Positions 1-13,186 of a stretch of 64,000 nt of DNA are shown here, in pieces. Below the pieces are notes generated by a model. It made no database searches and was not told the origin of the DNA. It saw nothing but the letters and a program-made list of their open reading frames with translations. Each line of letters starts with the position of its first letter. The first letter of the stretch is position 1. This DNA is from Cetorhinus maximus (Eukaryota): positions 39,928,001 to 39,992,000 of the forward strand of contig NC_135885.1 in NCBI RefSeq assembly GCF_964194155.1, given 5' to 3'. The translations under genes and the position numbers were made by a program.

Positions 1-757
1 AGGTGGGGGTTGAGGAGTAGGGCGTGATGGAGGAGTGAACCAGGGTGTCCCGGAGGGAACGATCCCTACGGAATGCCGCCGGGGGGGGTGAAGGGAAGGT
101 ATGTGTTTGGTGGTGGCATCATGCTGGAGTCGGCGGAAATGGCAGAGGATGATCCTTTGAATTCGGAGGCTGGTGGGGTGATAAGTGAGGACAAGGGGGA
201 CCCTATCATGTTTCTGGGAGGGAGGAGAAGGCGTGAGGGCAGATGCGCGGGAGATGGGCCGGACACGGTTGAGGGCGCTGTCAACGACCGTGGGTGGAAA
301 ACCTCGGTTAAGTAAGAAGGAGGACATGACAGAGCAACTGTTTTTGAAGGTAGCATCATCAGAACAGATGCGACGGAGGCGAAGGAACTGAGAGAATGGG
401 ATGGAATCCTTATAGGAAGTGGGGTGTGAGGAGCTGTAGTCGAGGTAGCTGTGGGAGTCGGTAGGCTTGTAATGGATATTGGTGGACAGTCTATCACCAG
501 AAATTGAGACAGAGAGGTCAAGGAAGGGAAGGGAACTGTCAGAGATGGACCATGTGAAAATGATGGAGGGGTGGAAATTGGAAGCAAAATTAATAAAATT
601 TTCCAGGTCCCAACGAGAGCATGAGCAGCACCGAAGTAATCATCGATGTACCGGAGAAAGAGTTGTGGGAGGGGGCTGGAGTAGGACTGGAACAAGGAAT
701 GTTCCACATACCCCATAAAGAGACAGGCATAGCTGGGGCCCATGCGGGTACCCATAG
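1..757 (-). mobile_element. Penelope-like retroelement fragment (RT region, frameshifted), runs off the window start
   Basis: ORF 66..755 reads MGTRMGPSYACLFMG...FLRYIDDYFG (PLE RT motifs); closely similar in sequence to the copy at about 43680-44420. Confidence 0.9.
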
Positions 758-984
758 AGCCACTTGGCCTCCTTACTTTCTTTTATAATGAACTTAGTTA
801 TAAAAACACTTTGTCTTGGAAGTACACAAATAGGACTTTCAGATCCTAATGGTTTTGAGAATATTTATTAAGACTTTTTTAAGGATTGTTTAGGCAACAT
901 GTTTCCTACCTCTTGAGGAATAGCCAACGTTATTTAAATATTAAGAGTTGGATGATGTGCTGCTGAAGTGTTCAGGGCATGATT

Positions 985-1890
985 TCAAAATTTGCAGATG
1001 ATACTAAGATTGGAAACGTTGTCATCTGTGATGAGGATAGTCTTGAACTCCATAAGGACATAGACATGTTGGTGGATTGGGCAGACAAGTAGCCGATGAC
1101 GTTCAATGCAGAGATGTGCGAGGTAATTCATTTTGGCAGGAAGAGCATGGACAGACTGTATAAAATAAAAGAAGAAATTCTAAAGGAGGTGCAGGAACAG
1201 GGGAACCTCGGTGTATATTTACATAAGTCATTGAAGATGGCAAGGCATGTTGAGAGAGCAGTTAATAAGGCATATAGTGTATTAGGCTTTATTAATAGGG
1301 GCATTGATTATGAGAGTAAGGAGGTTATGTTGAACTTGTATAAGACACTAGTTAGACCTCATTTGAGTACTGCGTCCATTTCTGGGTGTCATACTTGAGG
1401 AAGGATGTGAAGGCATTGGAAAGTGTACAGAGGAGATTCACAACAATGACTCCAGGAATGAAGAACTGTAGCTATAGATTGGAGAGGTTGGGACTGTTTT
1501 CTCTGGAGAAAAGAAGGTTGAGAGGAGACTTGATAGAGGTATTCAAGATCCTGTGGGGTATGGACAGGATAAATAGTGAGAAACTGTTCCCACTCAAGGG
1601 AGCATCAAGAACTAGAGGACACAGATTCAAAATAATTGGTAAAAGTGATGAGGAAAATTTTTTTCACCCAAAGGGTAGTTGGAGTCTAGAACAAATTTCC
1701 TGAGAGGCTGGTGGGGGCAGATGCAACTGAGGTATTCAAAAAGGAATTGGATTGTTATCTGAAAAGAGAGGATGTGCAAGGTTACGGGGATAAGGCAGGG
1801 GAGTGGGACTAAGTAGAATGTTCTTTCAGAGAGCCAGTGCAGACTTGATGGACCAAATGGTGGCCTCCTGCAAAGTAAGGATTGTGATAA
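985..1890 (+). mobile_element. CR1 LINE 3' fragment (RT C-terminus and 3' UTR)
   Basis: KFADDTK motif at ~989; ORFs 1096/1386 contain LYKTLVRPHL, ALESVQRRFT, LGLFSLEKRRLRGDLIEVFKI; stops and frameshifts. Confidence 0.9.
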
Positions 1891-2502
1891 TTCAGTGTGT
1901 TACTTACATAAAATACAGTGAGGTATTCTGCTCTGGTGGAGCTGTTAAGGCCAGATAATTGAATTGTTACTGACTGAGATTAATTACTGTAATTACAAAT
2001 TGAACAGTGCAAATTTTAGGCTGTTATCAGTGACTGGTAGATTGTTTTGAATTTGTAATGAAGTGATATCTGGTGTGTGTTGGCTAAACTTAGGTGTTTA
2101 TACTCTCTTGCACTGGCAGATTTTTTTGTGACATTCCCTATTGTGAATGAGATCTTATGCTCTTGTTATTGGGGGCTGGATATGGAAGTGAAGGTGATGT
2201 GTGTGCAACTATACAGATAATTCAAAGAAATTTGTAAGAGGCAGAAGTGTTTTTAGATTGGTTCCTTGAAATATGTTTCCTTTATGCCGTACTTCCTTCT
2301 TTACTAAATATTTTCACCAGTAAGTACTTGATGTTAACAAAATATTCTACTTTAAACATGCACGTTTAAATCAAAACTTTAATTCAAAGCCCTGTGAATT
2401 GGCAGCCAGGCTGTCAATCATGAATATTTCCAGTAGTTGTATGCACAGGTGTATGTGTTACATTGCAGCTGCAATTTCCTGGCTTTAGATCCCTCAGTCA
2501 AG

Positions 2503-2945
2503 GTGGTAGGCTTGGCTCGGTGATGGCAATCTCACCTCTGAGTCAGTAGGTTATTGATTGAAGCCCCACTCTCAGCATATAATGCATGCTGACACTTCAA
2601 TGCAGTACTGAGGGAGTTCTGCACTGACAAAGTTGACATATTTTGGATAAGGCATTAAATCAATCCCTCAGGTGGACGCAAAAAAATTCCATTGAATTTT
2701 CCAAAGAAAAGCAGGGAGCTCTCCCTGGCATTGTGGACAATATTTATTGCCTTAACCAACATCACTAAGAACAGATTATCAGGTCGGTATCTTATTGCTG
2801 TTTGTGGGGCCTTGCTGTGCCCAGTTTGGCTGTCGTGTTCACGTTACAACAGTGACTATGATTCAAAAGTATTTCATTGCCTGTAGAGTGCTTTGGAATA
2901 TCCTGAGGTCATTAAAGGCACTATATAAATGCAAGTTATTTTTCC
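2503..2945 (+). mobile_element. tRNA-derived SINE with Deu-like central domain (AmnSINE1/SacSINE1-like) and L2-type tail
   Basis: tRNA-like head, core 'ctcaggtggacgcaaaa...gaaaagcagggagctctccctggcattgtggacaatattta', tail 'aaaggcactatataaatgcaagtt'. Confidence 0.7.
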
Positions 2946-3212
2946 CTCCCTTTTTAAAACTGTTCCAGCGGCCACACAAGCTGGCTGTATTTTGCATTCA
3001 CGTGCTAGAAGCATCTTGTCTACTGAATGTTAATCTATAAGTTTTTTTAATTTGGAATATTCATTGCATTTCTTTGGTTGTGCAGACCAGTGACTTATCA
3101 TCTGGTGTTCCTGATATCTAATGGTTCAGTAGCATTAATTTTGAGCATTGATCAACAACTACAGTTTGCTTCTCCATGCTGTATTGAAGTGTTGTATTTT
3201 CCTTTTAAACAG

Positions 3213-3321
3213 ATTAACTTGCGACTCATTTTGGTGAGTGGAAAAACAAAAGAATTTCTGTTTTCACCCAATGATTCAGCAGCAGACATTGCCAAACATG
3301 TCTACGAAAACTGGCCGATGG
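3213..3321 (+). CDS. UBL3: UBL3 coding exon 2 (109 bp): INLRLILVSGKTKEFLFSPNDSAADIAKHVYENWPM
   Basis: Pyrimidine tract + AG at 3211-3212, GTGAGT donor at 3322; translation nearly identical to vertebrate UBL3 as recalled. Confidence 0.97.
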
Positions 3322-6074
3322 GTGAGTAGTTGTATTGTGATTTATGACTTTTGTGTGCATGGTAGCCTTTGAATCGAATCTGGGCCCATTTTATAACTGC
3401 TGCTCCATCCCCAGAGAATGTCGCAGGCTTTTCTGCAAACATTTTTATCTCCATGCTTCAACTAAATTTATTTTCAGGAGAGTAATATCCCTGCATCCCC
3501 CCCATCACTTATACATTTGGGAGGTGAACTAGCATTTCTCTCTAGGCACTTCGGGGTCTGCTTCTATATGGGAACTGCAGGTGTAAAACTCGAGATTGGC
3601 TTTCTTATCCCAATTGCAGTACTGTTGACCCATATTTTCGCATATCAACAGTGCCTTTTAGGATGAGGCAAGGAATGGAAACCGGTTTTCCTTCAACTAT
3701 ATTCATACAGTGAAAAACTTCTTACATTTATTTAACCCTGGTGTAATCTTTATCATACCAGGGTTTTTAAATAGCTGAAAATTAAGATATCAAATCTATA
3801 CTTTTAAGGCTACAGGCATATTTGTGTTACCATGAAAAAGACGCTTTCAGTCCTGTATATTTTCCTTACTTCTGTAGGTGATGGTAGGATTATGTAGGTT
3901 ATTTATAACCTGCAGATGTTTTTAATGTAATAGGCAGATTGCGTTCTTAAAAGGCCACTGGGTATTTCTAAAGCTTCAGTTTTACAGTACATCAAATGTA
4001 ATAAAACATGAGTGTGCATTGTGGAAGGGTCAAAAGAATGTTGACAATATCATAGTGCTGTAGAATCATAAAAATGCATCAAAACCTCAGCTAGAAGCAT
4101 CAAGAGGTTTCTCTTTCCTTTTCCTGTGGGTCAGAATTAATCTTCAGTAGCAGTCCTTCTATATGATTTTTTTATTTGTTCTTGATGTGCATTACTGACA
4201 TCAAATTCCGCATGGAAGAATTGCTCCTGTGAAGCACCTACAGCAAGAAGTATTTCTAAGTTGCTATACCTGCTCTTCAGCAGGGCCGGTGCTCCCATGA
4301 GGCGAACTAGGTGCTCACCTAGGACTGCAGGAGTGCCACACAGTGACATCCAATTCAGTGCAGTGCCACCCAATCGAACTCAAACCTTATTAAACCGAAA
4401 CCCCAGCCAAGAGAACTATGATTGACTGGATTTTGGCGGGTTGCAATGGGATTGTTGAGATTTGATTTTCATTGAGGGATCAGGCATGAATAGCAAGCAT
4501 TAGTCCAGTTGCATTGGCTGTGAGTGGGGGTTCAGATCACTTTACTTCTGATCGGGTCGGTGATTTGTTTTTGAGGTTTGCTGCAAACGTTGCCACATTA
4601 TTTCTATGAATGACTATGACTGGAAGTTAAACAGCAGAGCTTTAACCCACAGTCTGCTCGTTGCTTAGGTGTGTTCACACAGCAGGGAGTTTTGAGTTCC
4701 CAATGTGAAGGCAGTGAATACCCAAGTTAACCTGCTCCTTAAACCCATACCGGGTTCCCAGGAGTTACCTCCGCTTCAAACCAGCTTGCGCCTTGCTGCC
4801 AACTTTGACGTCATTTCCGCCTGCTTTCCGTGCTGTCACTTCTGTCAACGCCTCAGAATATTGGGGAGAATAGTCGTCAGGCTGAAGGTACGCCCAGGGG
4901 TTCAAATACCCTTGCGCGGCCCTGTTCTTCAGATAATGCACCAAAATCTTTTTCTCATCAACTTTGATTTGTTATGAAAGTCAATAACTTGGTCCTTACC
5001 AGTGAATCCGAACAAACTGTACCAAGAAGGTATTAGACTACTTTTATAGACATTTTATTAGAAACTTTAAAGATCTGGGATGTGATCTATTAGGTGCAAT
5101 TTTTTTTTAAAAATTGTTAATCTCTCAGTAAAAGTTGGTTGTAGATTATATAAATTTCACAATGAGAGTGCCAAACTATTCTAGAAGGATATGGCCAGTG
5201 AAAGGCTTAAAGAATATGTTCAGGTTACAAGCTGTAACCGCTGCAACAGATAACGTCTGCATATGTTGGTAGGAACAATTTATTTTTGAATTTTCCACAT
5301 TGGCAGTGTGCTTCAGAGTGCCCTAATCACAGAAATGTTGCCACCATTTCCTGCAGAGGTCAGCAATACATGGCATCATGTTCCAGCCCGAAAAGTAATG
5401 TGGATTCATAGTTGTAAAGAGAATCTGCAAACAACAATTAAATTTATAATCGTTTTGTCTTAACCAAATCTTCCTAGTACAGACAGGATGTCCAGTTGCA
5501 GAATTCATGTCATCTTATAAAATCAAGTATCTATAAAGGGATTCTTAATGAAATTATTGAAATGGAAAATAATGTTAGTGCTATCAAGGTAGTTGTAAGA
5601 AAACACACCTGGTCTCTTTTGAAGAGCTGTAAGAAAGCTGATATTAAACAGCGGAACCAGTAGAAAAATGGTGAACTCTCTGTTCTATATATCACTGAAA
5701 CTTTTTTTTGTGGCTTCATACCTGCTGCATAGTTCAGTTTTAACTGCTTTAGTTAGAGGTAATATTTTCTAACACATCTGACAGAATCTGCTTTTTTTTC
5801 TCTCTACCCATTTGGCAGACCTAGAATTTAAGTACATCTTGCGCTTGCATTTTAAGTTTATTTTATCATTATATCCCAGTGTTGAAGAGATCTTGAATTT
5901 GACACAATTGGGCATTGTGGTGTCTTTTTTAAAATCTGCTAAACAGAAAAATAGAGTCATAACCATACTTAATCATCTTATGGTATTGGTTACATCAGAT
6001 GAGAATAATAGTGACAACGTATTTTCCATATTCACTGTATATCCTGAACAAAAAAATGAATTATAAATATAATT

Positions 6075-7130
6075 AGGGAATCCTGGTCAGGCAGCATCTG
6101 TGGGGAAAGCAACATAGTTAATGTTTCAGGCCAGTGACCTTTCAACCTTTCATCTGAACTGGAAGATGCTTCTGATGTGGAACAGGTTTTAAGCAGGCAC
6201 GGGGAAAGGGAGGAATAAACTAAGGGAGGGCAAGTGAGGGAGTGAAAAGAAGATGTGGTGAAATGAACAGCAGAACCATTACCAGCATCTGCTGTCCAAA
6301 CAAGTGGGTAAAGTGGTTACGATTTGAAATTGTTGAACTCAATATGTTCAATCCTGATGGTTGCCAAGTGCTTAATGGAAAAATTAGGTGCTGTTCCTTG
6401 AGTTTCCATTGAGCTTCATTGGAAAAATATAGGAGGACAGAGAGGTCAGTGTGGGAGCGAGGTGGAGAATTAAAGTGGCAAGCAACTGGTAACTCAGGGT
6501 TTGCAGACTGAATGGAGGTGTTTGGCAAAACGATCACCAAATCTGCATTTGGTCCCTCCATTGTAGAGGAGGCTGTATCGAGAGCAATGAATATGGTATG
6601 AAATTGAAAGACTCGCAAGTAAATTGAAGGAGTGTTTGGCTCCCTGAGCAGTGGGAAGGGAGGAGGTGAAAGGACAGATATTGCATCTGCTGCACTGTAT
6701 AGGAAGGGGGTGATGGTAGAGTGGACCAGGGTATCTCAGAGGGAATGGTCCTTTTAGAATCCTGAGAGAGGAGGAAAGGTGAAGATGTGTTTGATGGTAA
6801 CATCGCATTGGAGATAAGCGTGTTCTGTTGAATGTGAAGGCTGGTGGGATGGAAGGCGAGGACAACAGAAAGCACACTTTCTGTTCTGGGAGAGAGGGGA
6901 TGAGGGCAGAAGTGTGGAAAATGAGATGAATGTGTTTGATGGGTCTGTCAATGGTGGAGGGGAACCCTCAGTTAACGGAAAAAGAAGATGCATCAGAAGC
7001 ACTAATGTGGAAGGCTGCATCTTCAGGACAGATGCAATGAAGAATGGAGAAACTGGTAGATCTTATGGGAAGTGACGTGGGAGAAAGTGTAATCAAGATA
7101 GCTGTGGGAGTCGGTGAGTGTGTAGTAAAT
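6075..7130 (-). mobile_element. Older degenerate Penelope-like element (GIY-YIG region and 3' end with eroded HHR-like motif near 6115-6162)
   Basis: Minus ORFs contain CSRCNICPF, LYNGGTKCRFGDRFAKHL, LPVACHFN, KLKEQHLIF, homologous to ORF 44143..44850. Confidence 0.85.
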
Positions 7131-7334
7131 ACGTATATGGTAAAAGAATTGCAATCCTATTTTGCTGCAAAAGCCATAAAGAACTGAGAGGATATTTTTC
7201 TCCTGTTACTTATCATATTTTTAAGTTACTCATATGACAACTCTACATTCACAACAGAAAAGTGCTATATGCTAGAATCACTAGGTTCACTGCAGGGAAG
7301 CCTATAACCTAATCTCAAAAATGCCTTCTTCTGT

Positions 7335-7965
7335 CCTCTTCCCCATAGCAACATTAAACACATTAGCCTTGTATCTAGATAAAAATGCTAATTACCTATC
7401 CTAGAGAGCCCAACTCTCTCATTTTAGAAGTAATCTCAGGCAGACAGCAGTTCTTTGTGGTCAGCCAAAAGAGAGGCTGCTTGGCTTTGCAAGCTACCAC
7501 AACCGAATGTGGGAAGGAGACGGTCTCTAGTCGAAGAGACAGATTCCGTAGCTGTCTAGGGATTCCGGGAGATTTCCCCTGGCATGGCCAGGGAGAAGAA
7601 AAATAATCAGAACAGGCTTTACAGCTGGTTGTGAATTTAAGAAGCTCTCCGAAAACTAAGGAAAGCACCTGGAGATGGTCACTGGAAGTTAATACTCAAC
7701 AAATCGGGGATGTGCGAACCCATTGGAAGCTAGAAGCATCTGTGGACTGTTTGCTGTAAGGACTGTAATTCCGTGGAGAATGTAGTTTCTGTAGGTTAAA
7801 GTGTAAGTTGCCCACAAAAATAAAATAATGTTTAGTCAATAGTGTTTTTTATTTTAGCAATTTCTTCCAGTAAAAGATTTAAAACAGGAAATCTTCTGGT
7901 CATTCTTTCAACTAGTAATTGGAAGTTTGAATCTCAAGCTATCGGTTTCAATAGAAATCGTAATA
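7335..7965 (+). mobile_element. Possible LTR-like fragment
   Basis: Non-coding segment with AATAAA and an LTR-like end '...atcgtaa'; no TSD found. Confidence 0.25.
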
Positions 7966-8214
7966 GGGTCGGGCTATGCGCTTCAACAAAGCGCAGAAAA
8001 TACTGGTCCCCTAACAGTACTCATAGTATTAGACAGCTTAAGTATAAATCCAGTAAATTAAAGGAGCATGTAACAAGGGCAATGCAATAAGGACCTGCCA
8101 TTCATTTGACTGCACAAAGCAAATTGATAAAAGATGGAGAATGGTTCATACAATGCATTCAGAACAATATGCCAAGAAACCAATGAGAAAACAGGCTATT
8201 TTAGATTTAGTATT

Positions 8215-8286
8215 GTATTTGCTGAAAAAAAGACACGTCGAAGCTTTTTGTCTTGCACTCAGGATAGTTCGCAAAATACCAATATA
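8215..8286 (-). repeat. Family-B hammerhead-bearing repeat fragment (core damaged)
   Basis: Reverse complement 'tatcctgagtgcaagacaaaaagcttcgacgtgtc' matches 36088-36126 with 3 nt deleted from CTGATGA. Confidence 0.75.
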
Positions 8287-8289
8287 TTT

Positions 8290-9110
8290 TTATTTATGCG
8301 ATGTGGGCTTCGCTGGCTAGGCCAGCATTTATTGCCGATCTCTAATTGCCCTTGAGAAAGTGGTGGTTAGCTGCCTTCTTGAACCATTGCAGTTCCTGTG
8401 GTGTAGGTACACCCACAGTGCTGTTAGGGAGGAGGCTCCAGGATCTTGACCCAGCAACAGTGAAGGAACAGCGATATATTTCCAAGTCAGGATGGTGAGT
8501 GACTTGGAGGGTAACTTGCAGGTCGTGGTGTTCCCATGTATCTGCTGCCCTTGTCTTCTAGATGGCAGTGGTCGTGGGTTTGGAAGGTGCTGCCTAAGGA
8601 GCCTTGGTGAATTTCTGCAGTGCATCTTGTAGATGGTACACACTGCTGCCACAGTTCGTTGGTGATGGGGAGAGTGAATACTTGTGGAAGGGGTAACAAT
8701 CAAGCCGGCTGCTTTGTCCTGGATGCTGTCAAGCTTCTTGAGTGTTGTTGGAACTGCACTCATCCAGGCAAGTGGAGAGTATTCCATCACGCTCCTGACT
8801 TGTGCCTTGTAGATGGTGGCTATGCTTTGGGGAGTCAGGAGGTGAGTTACTCGTCACAGGATTCCTAGCCTCTGCTTTTGTAGCTATGATGTTTATATGG
8901 CTCATTCAGTTCAGTTTCTGGTCAATGGTAACCCCCCAGGATGTTGATAGTGGGGCATTCAGTGATGGTAATGCCATTGAATGTCAAGGGGTGATGGTTA
9001 GATTCTCTCTTGTTGGAGATGGTCATTGTCTGGCACCTGTTACTTGCCACTTATCAGCCTAAGTTTGGATATTTTCCAGGTCTTGCTGCATTTGGGCATG
9101 GATTGCTTCA
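8290..9110 (-). mobile_element. LINE (CR1/L2-group, 'LINE-2nd family') 3' fragment
   Basis: ORF 8329..8790 MEYSPLAWMSAVPTTLKKLDSIQDKAA; 3' tail gggcaattag...aataaatgctggcctagccagc. Confidence 0.85.
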
Positions 9111-9602
9111 TATGACGCAGCTGATGGTAAAGGCTGAGTTGTTCAAATTAACTTGAAACAACTGTCATAACCCATTTTAACAATTTGTATGTTTCGAGAT
9201 GCAGGCTTTGAATTCAGTAGTAATAAAACCACCGCGTCTCGAGGTTTTTTATAAAACTAAATTAAACAGTTATTAAATCAAGAAAGATTGTAAACACATA
9301 CATACCTCTACAAAATTACTACTACAGTAACTACACAAAATCCCCTAATTAATCTCTCGGTTACACCCCCGTTAAGGCAACAGTAAGTCTTATAGGTTTA
9401 AAGAGACACCTGGCAGAGCACACCCTGGACAGTCGCATTCAAAATGAGTTTCTTTCAGCTCTGTGTCCTTGCAGATAGACTTGAGGTTTACAGGCTGGAG
9501 GCTTCTCACACTTGATGGATCTTAAAATGTCTCTGCCTTGCATGCAATCTCCTTTCTCCTTTATATATATCTTTCTCTTTGAATGTGAATTTTCCATTGT
9601 AC
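9109..9602. mobile_element. Partial LTR related to the solo LTR at 17566-18465
   Basis: Colinear similarity (tatga.gcagc.gatg, tttcgagatgc, tgaattcag, ccctggacagt, ctggaggctt, cctttatata) to 17566-18080. Confidence 0.6.
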
Positions 9603-9609
9603 CACTAGG

Positions 9610-10105
9610 AAGAGGGGGAACAACAACTTAAATTGGTTGTCAGCACTCTTTTCTCATACAGTATAAGATTGTCAGTCGAGCTTGCAGTATGGCACACTTG
9701 TGTGTACTGGAAGCTACATATATTAATACACGGGCCCTGTTTTTTGCAGACAGAAAGAACATGTGCACACAATATGCTGTTTCAGCTAAACAAAATAAGT
9801 GGCAGCCATTCGCTGATTCATTCCCCAGGGCAATGCCTTGACCAATCGGGCTCAAGCTGCCTGGTTTAAATTTAAACAATGCTTGGCAGTTAAATGTCAG
9901 TCATCATCACTGGTGCATTCTCTGTGGCAACACCTCTACTTATAAGCGTCGACTTACCAACCAATCAGCACTCTTCTCATGCAGTATAAATTGTTGTTTC
10001 TGCCTTATATTGGTATCTTGCAGTGCCTTGATGAGTGAAAGACATAAAGCTTCGACATGTCTCTTTTTTTTAGCAATACTCAAGTTCTGTACTGCCAAAT
10101 GACCA
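9610..10105 (+). mobile_element. Longer family-B repeat unit (pseudo-LTR-like) ending in a degenerate hammerhead motif at 10023-10058
   Basis: 'ccaatcagcactcttctcatgcagtataaattgttgtttc...cttgatgagtgaaagacataaagcttcgacatgtctc...caagttctgtact' matches 36046-36165. Confidence 0.7.
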
Positions 10106-11082
10106 ATTGCATTTAGAAGTCTTGTGAAGGATCCTCTGTAGTAGAGAGTTCATAATACAATAGAACTTTATAGTAAGTTTGAGTGTGATGTGGCTAAGCC
10201 TGAAACTGGGGTCTTAAATAAATCCAATTACAGAAATGCATGAGGTGTGTTGGCTGAGATAAATTTGGAAATTGGATTAAAAGATATGACAGTAGATGCG
10301 CAATGGTAAATATTTAAAGAAATAATTCATAATTTTCAACAAATATACATTCCTTAGGAATAAACTCCACTAGAAAAGTAATCCATCCATGGTTAATGCA
10401 AGAGGTTAAGAATAATATTAGATTAAAAGAGGAGACTTAAAATGTTGCCAAATAAATAGTAAGCCTTAGAATTGGAAGGGTTTTAAGAATCAGCAAAGGA
10501 TGGCCAAGAAGTTGGTAGAGAAAATAGAATATGGATTAAACTAGCAAGAACTACAAAAACAGGTTGCAAGAGCTTTTGGAGCTATGTTAAAAGGAAGAGT
10601 TAATGAAAGTGAATGTGGGTCCCTTGAAGCAGCAGGAGAACTTATAATAGGAAATAAGGAAATGGCAGAGATGTTAAACAATTTTGTAAGGTAGTGGAAA
10701 AATTAATTGGGCAAAAAGCCAACAAATACCCTGTACCTGATTGCCTACATCCTTGGGTTTTAAAAGAGGTAGCTATAAAGATAGTAGATGTATTGGTTTT
10801 AACCTTCTGGAGTTCCCTAAATTCTAGAATAGCCCTTGTGGATTGGAAGGTAGCAATTGTAACCCCACTGTTAAAATAGAAGAGAAAAGGAAAACTGGGA
10901 GTTATAGGCCAGTTAGCCTGACATCAGTAGTAGGGGAATGATAGAACCTTTGTTGAGGTTGTGGTGACAGGGCATTTGGAATATCACATTATGATTAGGC
11001 AGAATCAACACAATTTTATGAAAGACAAATTGTGGTTGACAAATCTGTTAGAGTTTTTTGAGGGTATAATTAGAGTAGATAA

Positions 11083-11524
11083 AAGAGAAATAAAAACAGA
11101 AAATGCTGGAAAAACTCAAGTCTGACATCATCTGTGGAGAGAGAAACAGAGTTAACATTTTGAGTCTATATGACTCTTCAGAGCTAAAAAGAAGTAGATG
11201 TGATGGAATTTATATTGTTTAAGGGGGGTGGAGCATGTAAAGCAGGATAGAAGGTTAGCAATAGGTGGGGGCTAAAGAGGGATTGACAAAGATGTCATGG
11301 ACACAAGACCAAGGGATTATTAATGGTTGTGGTGAAGACTAACGGTGCTGATAGTGAGTGGCTTAAAGGTAAGAAAGCAGCAAGGGCCAGCACTCTGTGA
11401 AAGAACAACATTGAACAAGTGAAAGATGATGGCCCTTTTGGGTGGGATGGAGGTTGGTTTTCTGTTTTTATTCCATTTTCTGTTTTTATTTTAGATCTCC
11501 AGAACAGTATTTTGCTTTTATCTT
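11083..11524 (-). mobile_element. Family-A Penelope 3' end insertion with an inverted tail piece, nested in CR1
   Basis: AGTAGATAA repeated at 11074-11082 and 11525-11533; minus-strand pLTR with eroded HHR at ~11148-11185; plus-strand tail piece 11460-11523. Confidence 0.75.
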
Positions 11525-11669
11525 AGTAGATAACAGATAACCAGTGGATGTAGTGTATTTGAATTTTCAGAAGGCATTCAGTATGGTGCCACACAAGCAG
11601 TTGTTGTGCAAGATTAAGGCTCATGGGATTGGGGGCAATATATTAGCATGCACTGCTAATATATAAGAT

Positions 11670-12008
11670 ACACTGCAGGAATTCACCAAGGCTCCTTAGA
11701 CAGTGCTTTCCAAACCCATGACCACTACCACCTAGAAGGACAAGGGCAGCAGATAGATGGGAACACCACCACCTGGAAGTTCCCCTCCAAGTCACTCACC
11801 ATCCTGACTTGGAAATATATCGCCGTTCCTTCACTGTCGCTGGGTCAAAATCCTGGAACTCCCTTCCTAACAGCACTGTGGGTGTACCTACACCACATGG
11901 TTCAAGAAGGCAGCTCACCATCACCTTCTCAAGGGCAGCTAGGGATGGGCAATAAATGCTGGCCCAGCCAGTGAAGCTCACATCCCATGAATGAATGAAC
12001 AAAAAAAA
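11670..12008 (+). mobile_element. LINE-2nd family 3' end nested in CR1
   Basis: Same 3' region and tail (aataaatgctggcccagccagtgaagctcacatcccatgaatgaa) as 8290-9110 and 38340-39390. Confidence 0.85.
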
Positions 12009-12919
12009 TGGGTTGAGGATTAATTAAAGGACAGAAAACAGTAGGAAGAAACAGGTCATTTTCAGGCGTAACCAGTGGAGAGCTGTAAGGATCAATGCTT
12101 GGGTCTCAACTATTTACAATCTATCTCAATGACTTAGATGAGGAGACCAAATGTGATATATCCAAGTTTGCTGATGATACAGAGCTAGGTGGGGATGTAA
12201 GCTGTGAGGAGGACAAATAAAGGCTGCAAGGAGATATAGACCAGTTAAGCGAGTGGATAAGGCGGCATATTGGGTATAATGTGGGGAAGTATGACATTAT
12301 CCACTTCAGTAGGAAGAATGGAAAAGGAGAATAGTTTCAAAAGGTGAGAGACTAGTAAATATTGATATTTGGTGGGTATAGGGTCACAAGAAATTAACAT
12401 GCAGGTACAGCAAGCAATTAAGAAGGAAAAATACGTAATCTTTATTGCAAGTGGAGATGGTGAGGAGGAGGTTTGCAGTACAAGAGTAAAGAGTCTTATT
12501 GCAACTATATAGGATTTCAAGACCACACCTGGATTACTGTGTAGAGTCTTGGGCTCCTTACCCAAGGAATGATTTACTTGACTTAGAGGAGCTGCAACAA
12601 AGGTTTACTAGATTGCATAGGACAGCCCCTTCATCTCAGGAATCAGAGATCGAGTAGAATGGGCTTATATTCTCTGATGTTTAGAAGAATTGATTTCATT
12701 AAAATGTATAAAATTCTGACCTCTAGGTGGGTAGAAGCTGAGAGGTTGAGTCCCCTGGCTGGAAATCTTAGAATTTGGGGTGGGGATGGCATCTTCATAG
12801 CCCCAAATAAGAGGTCGGAAAATTAGGACTTGGATGAGAAATGTCTTCACTCAGAAGGCTGTGAATCTTTGGAATTCTCTACCTCAGTGGGCTGTGGGTG
12901 CTCAGTCGACGAGTACATT

Positions 12920-13186
12920 CACAGAATCGCAGAATGGTTACAGCAGAGATGGTGGCCAATAGCCCATTGTGTGCTGGCACTTCGAAGGAGAAATTCACCT
13001 AGTGCCAGTTCCACCGCCTTTACCTATAACCCTGCACTTCCTCCTTTTCAAATAATAATCCAGTTCCCTCTTGAATGTCTCGATTGAACCTGTCACCCCA
13101 CACACTCGGGCAGTGCATTCCAGCTCTTAACCATTTGCTGTGTGAAACTGTTTTTCCTCATGTCACTGTTGCTTCTTTTGCCAATC
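12920..13186 (-). mobile_element. Short inverted CR1 3' end fragment nested in CR1
   Basis: Reverse complement resembles the CR1 3' UTR seen at 40220-40480. Confidence 0.65.

Noticed and set aside
3078-3329. ORF-track 83-aa protein as a complete gene
   Set aside because: Only 3213-3321 is exon; the remainder is intron read-through (same for 14083..14391)
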